Of a DNA stretch of 64,000 nt, positions 1 through 9,510 are shown in pieces (position 1 is the stretch's first letter; every line of letters begins with the position of its first letter). Origin of the DNA: an uncultured Pseudomonadota bacterium (lineage in GTDB: Bacteria > Pseudomonadota > Alphaproteobacteria > JACZXZ01); contig CAVVLJ010000002.1 of assembly GCA_963749075.1 (NCBI GenBank), forward strand, positions 96,001 to 160,000, in the 5' to 3' direction. The position numbers and the translations under genes are program-made. The notes under the pieces are model-generated. The model had not been told where the DNA came from, did not search any database, and saw only the letters and a list, made by a program, of their open reading frames with translations.

Positions 1-214
1 TCGCGGCGGGCAGCGCCGCGTTTCTTTGAGCACTGAGCCTAGGCGCGGCTATCTGGGCTTTTCCAATCACTACATTCCCGATATCAAGGGCGGCCACGTA
101 CAGGACGCGCTTGAGAAATTGGAATTTATGTCAAAGCAAACCGTCATCGATTCCGAAACCGAGCAACGGCTGGAGCGGCTAATTAGGGATTTCGGTATCT
201 TCACAGACACCTAG
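1..214 (+). CDS. hypothetical protein, probably 5'-truncated by the window edge; likely passenger of the adjacent IS1595 element
   Basis: ORF 26..214 with lower GC than the backbone; lies downstream of the IS1595 transposase. Confidence 0.4.
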   Translation, partial: RGGQRRVSLSTEPRRGYLGFSNHYIPDIKGGHVQDALEKLEFMSKQTVIDSETEQRLERLIRDFGIFTDT

Positions 215-224
215 GACTGCCTCT

Positions 225-395
225 ATGAAAACCAAGACGCCCGTCCTGCGCTTAGAGGATATCGAGCTCCACCCCGACGCATGGGAGCGCTTCGAGCGTG
301 CTGCGCGGGTCGTGGCGAAGCATGCGCCGATGCATAGAACGCCGAAGCCGAAACCTATCAAGCGCCGCAAACAGGTCACTTCGGACGGAACTTGA
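225..395 (+). CDS. 56-aa micro-protein (MKTKTPVLRLEDIELHPDAWERFERAARVVAKHAPMHR...), IS1595-associated
   Basis: Hand-translated ATG225..TGA395, below the ORF-track cutoff; shares FERA-x-x-x-V and a basic tail with the micro-ORF at 10518-10709. Confidence 0.55.
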   Translation: MKTKTPVLRLEDIELHPDAWERFERAARVVAKHAPMHRTPKPKPIKRRKQVTSDGT

Positions 396-574
396 GAGGC
401 GTTGAGAGATAGGCGATTAGACGCGCAATCTCGCGGCGCGGCACCATGATTTCAATTTCCGAATAGCCCGCGCGCGCGACAATCTTCGCATCGCCGTTGC
501 GACTTGCAGCCACGTACTCGACGCGACGAAGGCTGACTTGGGATGGTGGCTTGCGCGGGACGCGCGCAGGACCG

Positions 575-1522
575 CTAGGCGTGGCCGAGCGCGCTGGACG
601 CGGCTTGCTGCCTACGAGGCCTCCGATAGGTCAAGCGCTTGCCCACGATGCCCTTCGCCAGCTTCTCGGCACGCATCCAATCACTGACGCCCAAGGCCAC
701 GCGCTCATTGTAACGAAAATCGAATTCCGCGAGATAGCGCTTTAGGTGCTGTGGGCTGACGTGGTGATAGGTGCCGATGATCCCGCGCTTCAAAATCGAG
801 AAGTAGTTTTCGACCGTGTTTGTATGCCAAAACGTGCCGCGCACATATTCCTCGATCGAGTGATTGACCGTGCCATGCCCTGCGAATTCATCGCCGATCT
901 TGGGGTAGATCGGGCTTTCGTCGGTCATCAAGTAGGACGCCTTGGAAGCCTGCGCGACGATGATCGGGCGCAATGTTTCATAGTTGACCACGGGCACGTG
1001 CGCTGAGCGCACCTTGCCGTCACGCTCGACAAGAGCGAACACGGCTTCCTTGGGCGGCACACGGTTTTTACGGTTCTTGGCCTTGCCGCCCACATACGTT
1101 TCATCGCCTTCCACAACCTTGTTCTGGCCCCCAAGGGCACCCGGAAGCTTTCCCTCGCGCATGGCCTCGCGCAGGCGCATGGTCATAAACCACGTACTCT
1201 TGTAGCTGATTTGCAGCATACGGTGCATTTGATGCGTGCTCATCCCCTTCTTGCTCGACGCGAGAAGAAACAAGGCCATTAGCCACTTGTTGAGCGGGAT
1301 TTTGGAGCGCTCAAACAGCGTGCCGACCGTGACGGTAAATTGCTTCTCGCAGCCCTTGCATTTGTAGACGCCTGCGCGATGGGCCGTGCCGTTGAGCTTG
1401 GTTGAGCAATCAACTAGGCCACAGTGTGGGCAAATAGGGCCATCGGGCCAAAGCAAGTGCTCAAACCACTCGCGGGCCTTGGTTTCGCTAGAAAGAACGT
1501 CTTTGTTGATGTTCGCGGGCAT
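575..1522 (-). CDS. IS1595-family DDE transposase (apparently intact)
   Basis: Zn ribbon CPHC..CKGC, HTH region (KGMSTHQMHRML), catalytic VEGDETYVGG / LMTDES / TNTVENYFS. Confidence 0.95.
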   Translation of the reverse strand: MPANINKDVLSSETKAREWFEHLLWPDGPICPHCGLVDCSTKLNGTAHRAGVYKCKGCEKQFTVTVGTLFERSKIPLNKWLMALFLLASSKKGMSTHQMHRMLQISYKSTWFMTMRLREAMREGKLPGALGGQNKVVEGDETYVGGKAKNRKNRVPPKEAVFALVERDGKVRSAHVPVVNYETLRPIIVAQASKASYLMTDESPIYPKIGDEFAGHGTVNHSIEEYVRGTFWHTNTVENYFSILKRGIIGTYHHVSPQHLKRYLAEFDFRYNERVALGVSDWMRAEKLAKGIVGKRLTYRRPRRQQAASSALGHA

Positions 1523-1952
1523 GGCCGTTCTCCAATTAACGGCCTATACTTGCATAGTGCAAGCGGTTTGTCAAGGTGACAATTGCCGGAATAGTGACAC
1601 AGGATCTCCCCCGTCGGAACGACTGCCCCCAGAGGGAGCAGCCGTCATTGATTTGGGCCACTACGGTAACCATGAGCTCTTTATGCTAAAAAGGGATTAC
1701 CTAAGCGGCTATCTTGCTAACTTCACTTTATTTGTACTCCCGAATGCCCGCCCCGGCCAAAATAGTGGAAAGCCAGGGCAACCCACATCTACTCCAGCGC
1801 CGGCGGGTGGGAGGCAAAACTTTATGCTCTTTTTACCTCAGCAAATACTTCCATCCCCGTAAACCCGCGACCCCACCCGACGCCAACAATCGGAGAGGCC
1901 ATGGGACAGCCGGTGCCGCGCGGCTCTCGCCTTGGCGAGGCCGAAGAGTATC

Positions 1953-2726
1953 TCAGCCCGCCTTGCCGGCGCGCCCCTTGGCGAGAAACTGCTGCATCAT
2001 GCGCGCGGGCTCGCCCGTGCCGTAGGACAGGCGCTGGATGCGGATGCCGGCCTCGAGGCAATCGCGGAAGCCCGCCTCGGTCATCTCGCGGAAGCGCTGC
2101 TTGTTGAGGCGCATGGCGACCGGCGGCTTTTGCGCAAGCTCCTCGGCGAGGGCGAGGGCCTCGGCGAGCACGCGCTCGCGCGGCACGATGCGGTTCAAGA
2201 GGCCGAGGCTGCTGCACTCCTCGGCGTCCATCAGCCGGCCGGTCAGGGTGAGGTCGATGGTGCGCGCGAGGCCGAGCATCTCGCGCATGATCCACGGCCC
2301 CGTCGTGCTGGCGATGCCGGCGTCGATCTCGGGCTGGCCCATGCGCACCCCGGGATGGGCGATGCGGAAGTCGCAGTGCAGCGCCACCTGGAAGGCCGAG
2401 CCCACGGCGATCCCGTTCAAGGCCGCGATCAGCGGCTTCGTTAGGCCGCGGATGGCGCCGTAGAGCCGCTCCCACTCGCGCACCCATTCTTCGGCGCGGT
2501 CGGCATCGAAGCTCGCGGTCTCGTTGAGGTCCTGCCCGGCGCTGAAGGCGCGCTCGCCGGCGCCGGTGAGCACGATGGCGCGCACGGCGGCCTCGCCTTC
2601 GGCTGCCTCGAGCGCTGCCACCAGATCGCCGCGCATGGCCGCATCCCAGGCGTTGAGCAGCTCCTGGCGGTCGAGCGTGATGACGGCCGCGACGCCGCGG
2701 CGCTCGCGGCGGATGTGTTGGGCCAT
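1953..2726 (-). CDS. enoyl-CoA hydratase/isomerase (crotonase) family
   Basis: AFSAGQDL, KPLIAALNG.AVG, GQPEIDAG motifs; GGGGAG RBS before ATG2726. Confidence 0.9.
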   Translation of the reverse strand: MAQHIRRERRGVAAVITLDRQELLNAWDAAMRGDLVAALEAAEGEAAVRAIVLTGAGERAFSAGQDLNETASFDADRAEEWVREWERLYGAIRGLTKPLIAALNGIAVGSAFQVALHCDFRIAHPGVRMGQPEIDAGIASTTGPWIMREMLGLARTIDLTLTGRLMDAEECSSLGLLNRIVPRERVLAEALALAEELAQKPPVAMRLNKQRFREMTEAGFRDCLEAGIRIQRLSYGTGEPARMMQQFLAKGRAGKAG

Positions 2727-2985
2727 TCGCTCCCCCTCGCTCGCCGCAGACTTTGTAAAATTCATTGCGGCCGGCTCGAAATTATCGGCATGCCCGGCGG
2801 CTGACAAATGAAAAGCCGAGGGGCGAAGAGCCCAGGGGCCAAAACCTAGGGGCGAGAAAGGGAAGGGGAGAGTGCACGGCGGCGGCTCGATCCGCAGCCG
2901 CCGCCCTTGTGAACGGCATTGCAATCCTGCACCGGGACGGGGCTTACTGCCGTCCTCTCCGGCCGCCGCCGGACCAAGGTACCGC

Positions 2986-4092
2986 ATGCGTTCCGACCGT
3001 CCCGAGCATAAGGGTGCGATCCTCTCCATCGACCTCGCGGCGATCCGCGCCAATTACCGCCTCCTCGAGGAGCGCCTCGGCAGCGTCGCTTGCGCCGCCG
3101 TGGTGAAGGCCGACGCCTACGGTCTCGGGGCCGAGCGCGTGGCGCCGGCCCTTGCGGCCGAGGGCTGCGCCCATTTCTTCGTGGCGCACCTCGATGAAGC
3201 CTTGGCACTCCGTCCGCATCTTGCCGAGGACGCCGACCTTTATGTTCTTCACGGCCCGCCCGCGGGCGCCGCCGAGGAGCTCGCGGCGCACCGCCTCGTC
3301 CCCGTGCTCAACAGCTTAGCCCAGCTCGAGGCCTGGAGCGCGCTCGCGCGGAAGCGTGCGCGCGCCCTTCCCGCGGTCCTCCAGCTCGACACCGGCATGT
3401 CGCGCCTCGGGCTCTCGGGCGCCGAGCTGGCGGCGCTGGCGCGCGACCCTCGGCAGCTTGCCGGCATCGAGCTCCGCTACGTCATGAGCCATCTCGCCTG
3501 CGCCGAGCAGCAGTCCCATCCCTTGAACGCCCGGCAGCTCGCCCGCTTCCGCGCCGCCTTGCCGCAACTGCCGGCCGCCAAGGCGACCTTGGCCAATTCC
3601 TCGGGCATCTTCCTCGGGCCCGACTACCACTTCGATCTGGCGCGCCCGGGTGCCGCCCTCTATGGCATAGCGCCCGTCGAGGGCGAGGCCAACCCGATGG
3701 CGCAGGTGGTGCGCCTGGAGGGCAAGGTGATCCAGCTGCGCGACATCCCGGCGGGCGCCGGCGTCGGCTATGGGGCGAGCTGGCAGGCCTCCACGCCGCG
3801 GCGCATCGCGACGGTGGCGGTCGGCTATGCCGACGGCTTCCCGCGCAGCCTCTCCAACGGCACGGCGGCGCGCTACCGCGGCACGCTGCTGCCGCTCATC
3901 GGCCGCGTGTCGATGGACACCCTCACGCTCGACGCGAGCGCCTTGGCGCCGGATGCGCTGCAGCCGGGCAGTCTCGTCGAGCTCATCGGCGAAGGCCATC
4001 CGATCGACGCCGTGGCCGCCGAGGCGGGCACCATCGCCTACGAGCTCCTCACCCGGCTCGGCCGCCGCTACTTCCGCCGCTATCTCGGCTAA
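2986..4092 (+). CDS. alr: alanine racemase
   Basis: PLP-lysine motif AVVKADAYG, DTGMSRLG, MSHLACA, GYADG, GRVSMD, TIAYELLT. Confidence 0.95.
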   Translation: MRSDRPEHKGAILSIDLAAIRANYRLLEERLGSVACAAVVKADAYGLGAERVAPALAAEGCAHFFVAHLDEALALRPHLAEDADLYVLHGPPAGAAEELAAHRLVPVLNSLAQLEAWSALARKRARALPAVLQLDTGMSRLGLSGAELAALARDPRQLAGIELRYVMSHLACAEQQSHPLNARQLARFRAALPQLPAAKATLANSSGIFLGPDYHFDLARPGAALYGIAPVEGEANPMAQVVRLEGKVIQLRDIPAGAGVGYGASWQASTPRRIATVAVGYADGFPRSLSNGTAARYRGTLLPLIGRVSMDTLTLDASALAPDALQPGSLVELIGEGHPIDAVAAEAGTIAYELLTRLGRRYFRRYLG

Positions 4093-4221
4093 GAGCCTTA
4101 GCAGGCGCCATCCTTCAAGCCCGCGCGACCCTCGAATCCTCGCCTATGCGATAGAAAATAATTGACTAAAAGCTATTCTTAGTAGTGATATGAAAAAAAT
4201 GCTTTCAGAGACGAGGGGGCC

Positions 4222-5118
4222 ATGGTCGCATCACGCTGCTTGCGCGCATTTGCCATTCTGGGCTGCTGCCTGGGGATTGCCGCGGCGGCGGCACGGCCGG
4301 CCGCGGCCCAGCAGACCGAGAGCGACGAGGTGAAGAAGGCCGTCGAGGCGGCGATCCAGAGCGCCATCGGGAACTCGATCGAGGAGACGCTGCGCACGAA
4401 CCTCTCGGCGACCCAGGCCCAGCCCGAGGCCCAGCCCGCCAACCAGCCCGCGAACATGAATACCTTCTGGGCGCGTCCGGAATACCTGTCCGTCGTGACC
4501 AGCTTTGGCCCCTTCAGCTCCACGACCCCCGTGGTCATAGCACCGGTCGGCGCCGTTTTCCGGCTGAACCAGGACATGTTCCTCGGGGTTTCGGCGAGTT
4601 ACACGCACGTCGGGGGAAAATTCAGCGCCGACGACGTCGGCGGCGACGTCATCGGCACCTATGTCATCGCCTCCGACGCCAAGTCGAACATTCGCGGCAA
4701 TCTCGATCTCGGCTTCGTCCATTTCCTGCCCGGCACCGGCGGCAGCGCCACGACGTATCAGCTGACGCCGAGCGTCGACTTCGAGCACACCTTCGGCCCG
4801 GTCGTCGCGACGCTGTCGCCGGGCGCGTCATTCGGCTGGAGCGACCCGAGCGGTCCCGACGATCCCTCGAAGCAGGTCATCCTTGCGGCCAAAGCCGTCT
4901 ACATCGACGGCCCCATCCAGCCGCAATTGAGCGTCGAGTGGCAAAAGGCCTTGGGCCCAGGCGACACGACCGACGGGACCGTGAGCGTGACGCCGGAGGT
5001 GAATTACGTGTCGGGCAACCTGACGGTCGGCATCGGCTACATCTACAGCACGGTCCTCGGCGGGAATTTCACCTCGTATTCCCATGCCGCACTCGCGACC
5101 CTGAGGGTGCGGTTCTAG
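4222..5118 (+). CDS. secreted outer-membrane beta-barrel protein (autotransporter-barrel-like)
   Basis: Signal peptide, alternating beta-strand pattern, C-terminal aromatic signature ...TLRVRF. Confidence 0.65.
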   Translation: MVASRCLRAFAILGCCLGIAAAAARPAAAQQTESDEVKKAVEAAIQSAIGNSIEETLRTNLSATQAQPEAQPANQPANMNTFWARPEYLSVVTSFGPFSSTTPVVIAPVGAVFRLNQDMFLGVSASYTHVGGKFSADDVGGDVIGTYVIASDAKSNIRGNLDLGFVHFLPGTGGSATTYQLTPSVDFEHTFGPVVATLSPGASFGWSDPSGPDDPSKQVILAAKAVYIDGPIQPQLSVEWQKALGPGDTTDGTVSVTPEVNYVSGNLTVGIGYIYSTVLGGNFTSYSHAALATLRVRF

Positions 5119-5203
5119 AGGCAGGCCTCTTGGCGCGGGCGTCGGGAGTGCCATCGAGCCGGCCGGGCAGGCTCCGACCGAGGCCCGCCCGGAAGGAGCG
5201 CGA

Positions 5204-7522
5204 ATGCACGGACGACTCCCCGCCATAGCGGGCGGCCTCTATCTTCTCCTCGCCTGCTCGGCCCTTGCCCAATCGGATGCCGTAAGGGATGTCGTGCGGG
5301 GCGCCACCTCGCAGGCCGTCCGCGGCGCCACGCGCGACGCGATCACGGCCGTGCTGCACAAGCCCACCCTCTATGTCGACGACGCGGAGGACGCGCTCGT
5401 CGGCTCTTCCCTCAGTCCGGACAGGCGGAACCTGCTGCTGATCTTCCGGCATCAGGAGCCTCGCCTGTGGAATTTCGCCAACGGCCAGCAATATCGGGTC
5501 GGCTCGGCAGCGCGCTGGAGCGGCTTGTCGCTCGATCCCAGCGCGCGCTTCATCTTCGGACGGGACGCGAGCGGTGCCGCCCAGGCGGTCGATGTCCTCG
5601 CGGACAAGCCCGTCGATGACGCCGCCGCGGCTCGGGAATTGCTGACGGTCCAGCAGCGCAAGGCGCTCTTCGTCGGGCGCGGCGGCGACGTGGCGGAGCT
5701 CGGCGGCGGCAGCGGCCAAGGAGGCGGCGTCCGCATCGTGGCAGCCGGTAATGCGCTCGGCTATTCGCCGGACGGACGGCTTGCCGCGGTGCCGAGCGGC
5801 GGCGGCATGGCGCTGGTGTCCGCGGAGACCCTCAAGGAGGCGGGCGAAATTGCACTGCCGGACGTGCCGGGCCTGGCCATGGGCGACATCAGGATCCCGG
5901 CCGATGGCAATCCGCAAAAGGTCTCCTACGTCGCAATTGCGGACGGCGCCGTCTATGCCAAGCTCGGGTCGGGGGGAAAGCCGCTGCGCCTCGTCCTGCC
6001 CGGCCGCGCGCTTGCGGCCGGCCTCGTCGACGGCAAGGAGCAAGCGGTCTCCGTCACCGCCTCGGGAGAGCTCGTCATCTCGGCAGCGGACGGAAAGCCC
6101 CTCTCGTCGGTGCGCAACGAGCTGATCTCGCACGCCGTTCGCGTCTGGACCTACAAGCAAGGCGCCATCGCCGTGGTGCTCAGGGACGATGGCCGGCTGA
6201 TCGCCCTCGACCGGCTCGGCAAGCTGGCATTCATGGCGCTCTCCACGAGGAGCGGCTGGGCCGTCATCGACGGCAGGGGGCGCTACGACGATTCATCGGG
6301 CGGGCGGCAGAGGATCGGCTGGTCGATCGCCGACATGCGGCTGGCCATCGATCACTTTGCGCGGGAGTATTTCGAGCCGGGGCTTCTGGCACTCTACACC
6401 ACCGAGACGGGGCGCTTTCTCGCCCCCGGTCCCTTCGATTTCGCGCAAGGCGTGCCGCTTCCCCCGGCTGTGGTAAGCCTCTCGCTGAAATCGCCTTCGC
6501 GCGATGCCGGCACGCCGAACCAGGTGATCATCACCGCCCGCGACGCCGACGGGCCGGTCCAAGGCATCGACCTCTATCAGAACGGCAAGCGCCTGCCGCC
6601 CGCGGACGTGCTTTTCGACGAGACGAGGACAGAGGGCCGCGTCACCGTTCGCGGCTTGGCGTTCAACGTGCGGCCCGTCGTCGGCCGCAACGAATTCCGC
6701 GCGGTGCCCATCGGGCTCGGCGCCATCGAGGGGCAGGACGTCACGATGGCCGAGAGCTTCACGGGCTCCGCGGCAACGGAGTCCCTGCACGTGCTGGTCG
6801 TCGGCATCGACGACTACGCCGTGCCGGGCTTCCATCTGGATTATGCCTCCACCGACGCCGCTCATCTCCTCGATCAGCTCCGCAGCAGTGCCCGGAGATT
6901 CGGGAGGATCGCGGTCTACAAGCTGGTGGACAAGGACGCCACGAAGGAGGGGATACTTGCCGCCTTCGCGCGCTTGAAGGCAGAGGCGAAACCCGAGGAC
7001 ACCGTCGTGCTCTATTTTGCCGGCCACGGCATCGTGCTGGACGACGAGTGGTACTTCGTAGCACAGAACGTCGAGGCGCGCACGGTCGAGGGCGTCAAGC
7101 GGGCCGGCCTCTCGTCCAAGGATTTGTACGATGCCATCGTCGGGGTGCCGGCCGAGAAGGTCTTTCTCATGATGGATGCCTGCTACTCGGGTGCGGTGAC
7201 CGAGAGGCTGGACCGCTTCGCGGCGCAGCGCGCTTCCGCGGTCATCGGGCGAATGTCGGGTGTCGCGGTGCTTGCGGCCTCGCGGGCGGACCAAGAGGCC
7301 TATGAAGCAGCCGAATTGGGCGGCGGGCTCTTCACCTATGTCGTCGTCCGCGGCCTCAAGGGGGCGGCGGACAAGGCCAAGCGCGGCACCGTCGAGGTGG
7401 CCGAGCTCATCGAGTATGCCGAGGACGTGCTGCCGCGCCTGTTCAGGGACAAATTGAAGGAGCCGCAAATCCCCGAGGCCTTCTTCGGCGGCACGGATTT
7501 CTACCTCTCGTCTTCGAGGTGA
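5204..7522 (+). CDS. secreted beta-propeller (WD40-like) + Ig-like + caspase-like (peptidase C14) protein
   Basis: Signal peptide; SPDRR/SPDGR repeats; LHVLVVGIDDY, YFAGHG (His), MDACYSG (Cys), GLFTY. Confidence 0.88.
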   Translation: MHGRLPAIAGGLYLLLACSALAQSDAVRDVVRGATSQAVRGATRDAITAVLHKPTLYVDDAEDALVGSSLSPDRRNLLLIFRHQEPRLWNFANGQQYRVGSAARWSGLSLDPSARFIFGRDASGAAQAVDVLADKPVDDAAAARELLTVQQRKALFVGRGGDVAELGGGSGQGGGVRIVAAGNALGYSPDGRLAAVPSGGGMALVSAETLKEAGEIALPDVPGLAMGDIRIPADGNPQKVSYVAIADGAVYAKLGSGGKPLRLVLPGRALAAGLVDGKEQAVSVTASGELVISAADGKPLSSVRNELISHAVRVWTYKQGAIAVVLRDDGRLIALDRLGKLAFMALSTRSGWAVIDGRGRYDDSSGGRQRIGWSIADMRLAIDHFAREYFEPGLLALYTTETGRFLAPGPFDFAQGVPLPPAVVSLSLKSPSRDAGTPNQVIITARDADGPVQGIDLYQNGKRLPPADVLFDETRTEGRVTVRGLAFNVRPVVGRNEFRAVPIGLGAIEGQDVTMAESFTGSAATESLHVLVVGIDDYAVPGFHLDYASTDAAHLLDQLRSSARRFGRIAVYKLVDKDATKEGILAAFARLKAEAKPEDTVVLYFAGHGIVLDDEWYFVAQNVEARTVEGVKRAGLSSKDLYDAIVGVPAEKVFLMMDACYSGAVTERLDRFAAQRASAVIGRMSGVAVLAASRADQEAYEAAELGGGLFTYVVVRGLKGAADKAKRGTVEVAELIEYAEDVLPRLFRDKLKEPQIPEAFFGGTDFYLSSSR

Positions 7523-7550
7523 CTGCGGTGGCGGGGTGCATCGGCAGCGC

Positions 7551-8411
7551 TCACGGGCACTTGGCGAGCTCGACGTCGAGGGCGGCGCGGCGCGCGCCGT
7601 CGCGGAAGCAGCCGTAGCTCCAGCTCCCGGCGAAGACGTCGCCGTCCGCGTCGCGGCGGGTGCCCTGGCCGTTCGGCCGGCCGTCGCTCCACTCGCCGTC
7701 GTAGCTGCCGCCCGGCCAGCGCTGGACGCCGTGGCCGTTGCGCGCGTCGTCGCGCCATTCGCCGTCGTAGCGCTCGCCGTTCGCCCAGCTGAGGGTGCCA
7801 TGGCCGTCCCGCTTGCCGGCCTTGAAGTCCCCCTCGAAGCGGTCGCCGTTCGGCCAGCTCAGCACCCCGTGGCCGTCCGGATGGCCGGCCTTCCACTCGC
7901 CGTCGTAGCGGTAGCCGTTGGCCGCCACGGAGACGCCGTGCCCGCTCTCCACGCCGTCTTTGAAGCCGCCCTCGTAGCGGTCGCCGTTGGCGAAGCTGTA
8001 GACGCCGTAGCCGTTCTCGCGCCCGTCGCTCCACTCGCCCTCGTAGCGGTCGCCGCCCGCCTTGACCCGCACCCCGTGGCCGGCGATCTCGCCGGCTTTG
8101 AAATCGCCCTCGTAGCGTTCGCCGTTGGCCCAGACGTAGACGCCGCGACCCTGGCTGTGCCCCGCCGCGTAAGCGCCCTCGTAGCGGTCGGTGGCGCTCC
8201 CGCCGGCGAACCACTGGAGCACGCCCTGGCCGTCGGCAAGACCGCCCTTGCAAGGCCCGCTCCAGCTGATGCTCTCGCCCGGCCGCGGGTAGGCGTCCCA
8301 CACGCGGCAGCCGCTCTTATCCGCGATCCAGCCCGGCCGGGCCGGCTCCTGCGCCGCGGCCGTGCCGGCCACGAACGCTGCCAGTGCTGCGCCCATCGCG
8401 ATCCGCCACAT
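7551..8411 (-). CDS. secreted MORN-repeat protein
   Basis: Signal peptide followed by about 8 YEG(D/E)(W/F)xxG..xGxG repeats. Confidence 0.9.
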   Translation of the reverse strand: MWRIAMGAALAAFVAGTAAAQEPARPGWIADKSGCRVWDAYPRPGESISWSGPCKGGLADGQGVLQWFAGGSATDRYEGAYAAGHSQGRGVYVWANGERYEGDFKAGEIAGHGVRVKAGGDRYEGEWSDGRENGYGVYSFANGDRYEGGFKDGVESGHGVSVAANGYRYDGEWKAGHPDGHGVLSWPNGDRFEGDFKAGKRDGHGTLSWANGERYDGEWRDDARNGHGVQRWPGGSYDGEWSDGRPNGQGTRRDADGDVFAGSWSYGCFRDGARRAALDVELAKCP

Positions 8412-8550
8412 GCGCCCTCCCTGCCCGCCGCTCGGGCGAGCCGGACGGAGTATAGCGAGGGACGAGCGGCAAGATCGAGCGCGCGCGCGGCGACGTTACA
8501 CTTTACATACTTGGCCACAAGTGCTAGATTTCCGGCCATAGGAGGTCCCC

Positions 8551-9452
8551 ATGGCCAACTCAGTTCTCGCCGCTCCCCATTTCCAAGATGAAACCGCCGC
8601 CTTCGCCTACGTCGAGGCGCGCCTGTGGCGGAATGGCCCCGTGTGCCCGTTTTGCGGCGAAACCGCGAGAGTTGGCAGTTTGAACGGCAAGACCACCCGT
8701 CCGGGCCTGTGCAAGTGCTACGCCTGCCAGAAGCCCTTTACCGTCCGCATGGGGACCATTTTCGAGTCCTCCCATTTGGCCCTGCGCCTGTGGCTCCAAG
8801 TGATCCACCTAATGTGCGCCAGCAAGAAAGGTATCTCGGCTCGCCAAATCCAGCGAATGCTCCGGTGCAGCATGAAAACCGCGTGGTTCCTCGGGCACCG
8901 GATCAGGCTGGCCATGGCCCCCGCCTCTGCCGGGCCCTTGGGCGGTGCTGGCAAGACCGTGGAGGCCGATGAAACCTTCCTGACCAAATCCCGCAAGACC
9001 CGCTGCGCGCTCCACGAGCGGGCCGATCGACAGGTCTTGAGCCTTGTCGAGCGTGACGGTGCGACCCGCTCCATGTTCCTCGATCACAGGAATGTCGCGG
9101 CCATCCTCTACCAGCACGTCCACAGGATAGCCGCCTCGTGACCGATGGTGCGCAGCACTACAAGTTCCCGCCCCTCGCCAAGCACGAGAGTGTGGACCAT
9201 TCCAAGGGTGAATATGTCCGAGGGGACGTGCATACGAACACCTTGGAAGGCTTCTTCCTGATCTTCAAGCGCGGGCTGGTCGGCGTCTATCAGCACATGG
9301 ACGAGCGGCATCTTGGCCGCTATCTGGCGAGTTTGATTTCCGCGGGAACACCCGCGCCAAGCTGGGCATTGACGACGTGCAGCGGGCCGAAATCGCCCTA
9401 CAGGGCGCCAAGGGCAAGCGCCTTTCCTATCAAACAACTCACTAAAAAATAG
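8551..9452 (+). pseudogene. IS1595 transposase with frameshifts (near 9135 and near 9335)
   Basis: CPFC..CYAC and VEADETF in ORF 8551-9141; TDG and HTNTLEGFF in ORF 9138-9452; the C-terminus drifts out of frame. Confidence 0.85.
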
Positions 9453-9475
9453 TCGGGGTAGAAAATGGCCACACC

Positions 9476-9504
9476 TTGTGCGTGCGAAAACTGGTTGCTA
9501 TGCT
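9476..9504 (+). promoter_or_regulatory. putative sigma70 promoter giving a leaderless DUF3800 mRNA
   Basis: TTGTGC-17nt-TATGCT with an extended TG, 6 nt before ATG9511; no SD sequence. Confidence 0.5.
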
Positions 9505-9510
9505 CAACGG

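Larger units (their letters stand above)
1..1587 (-). mobile_element. IS1595-family element with passenger ORFs; left IR near 1564-1587, other end not found in the window
   Basis: Minus-strand GGCAATTGTCACCTTGACAAAC upstream of the transposase resembles GGC-type IS1595 ends; no partner IR seen in 1-575. Confidence 0.6.

Noticed and set aside
497-1006. Plus-strand ORFs inside the IS1595 transposase
   Set aside because: Antisense shadows with no independent motif or RBS
2770-2910. Purine-rich leader and hairpin upstream of alr as a possible riboswitch
   Set aside because: Could not match a glycine or other riboswitch consensus by eye; only one GC hairpin
7600-8250. Periodic ~69-bp repeats resembling an array
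   Set aside because: Coding MORN repeats, not CRISPR; no cas genes or repeat-spacer array seen in the window
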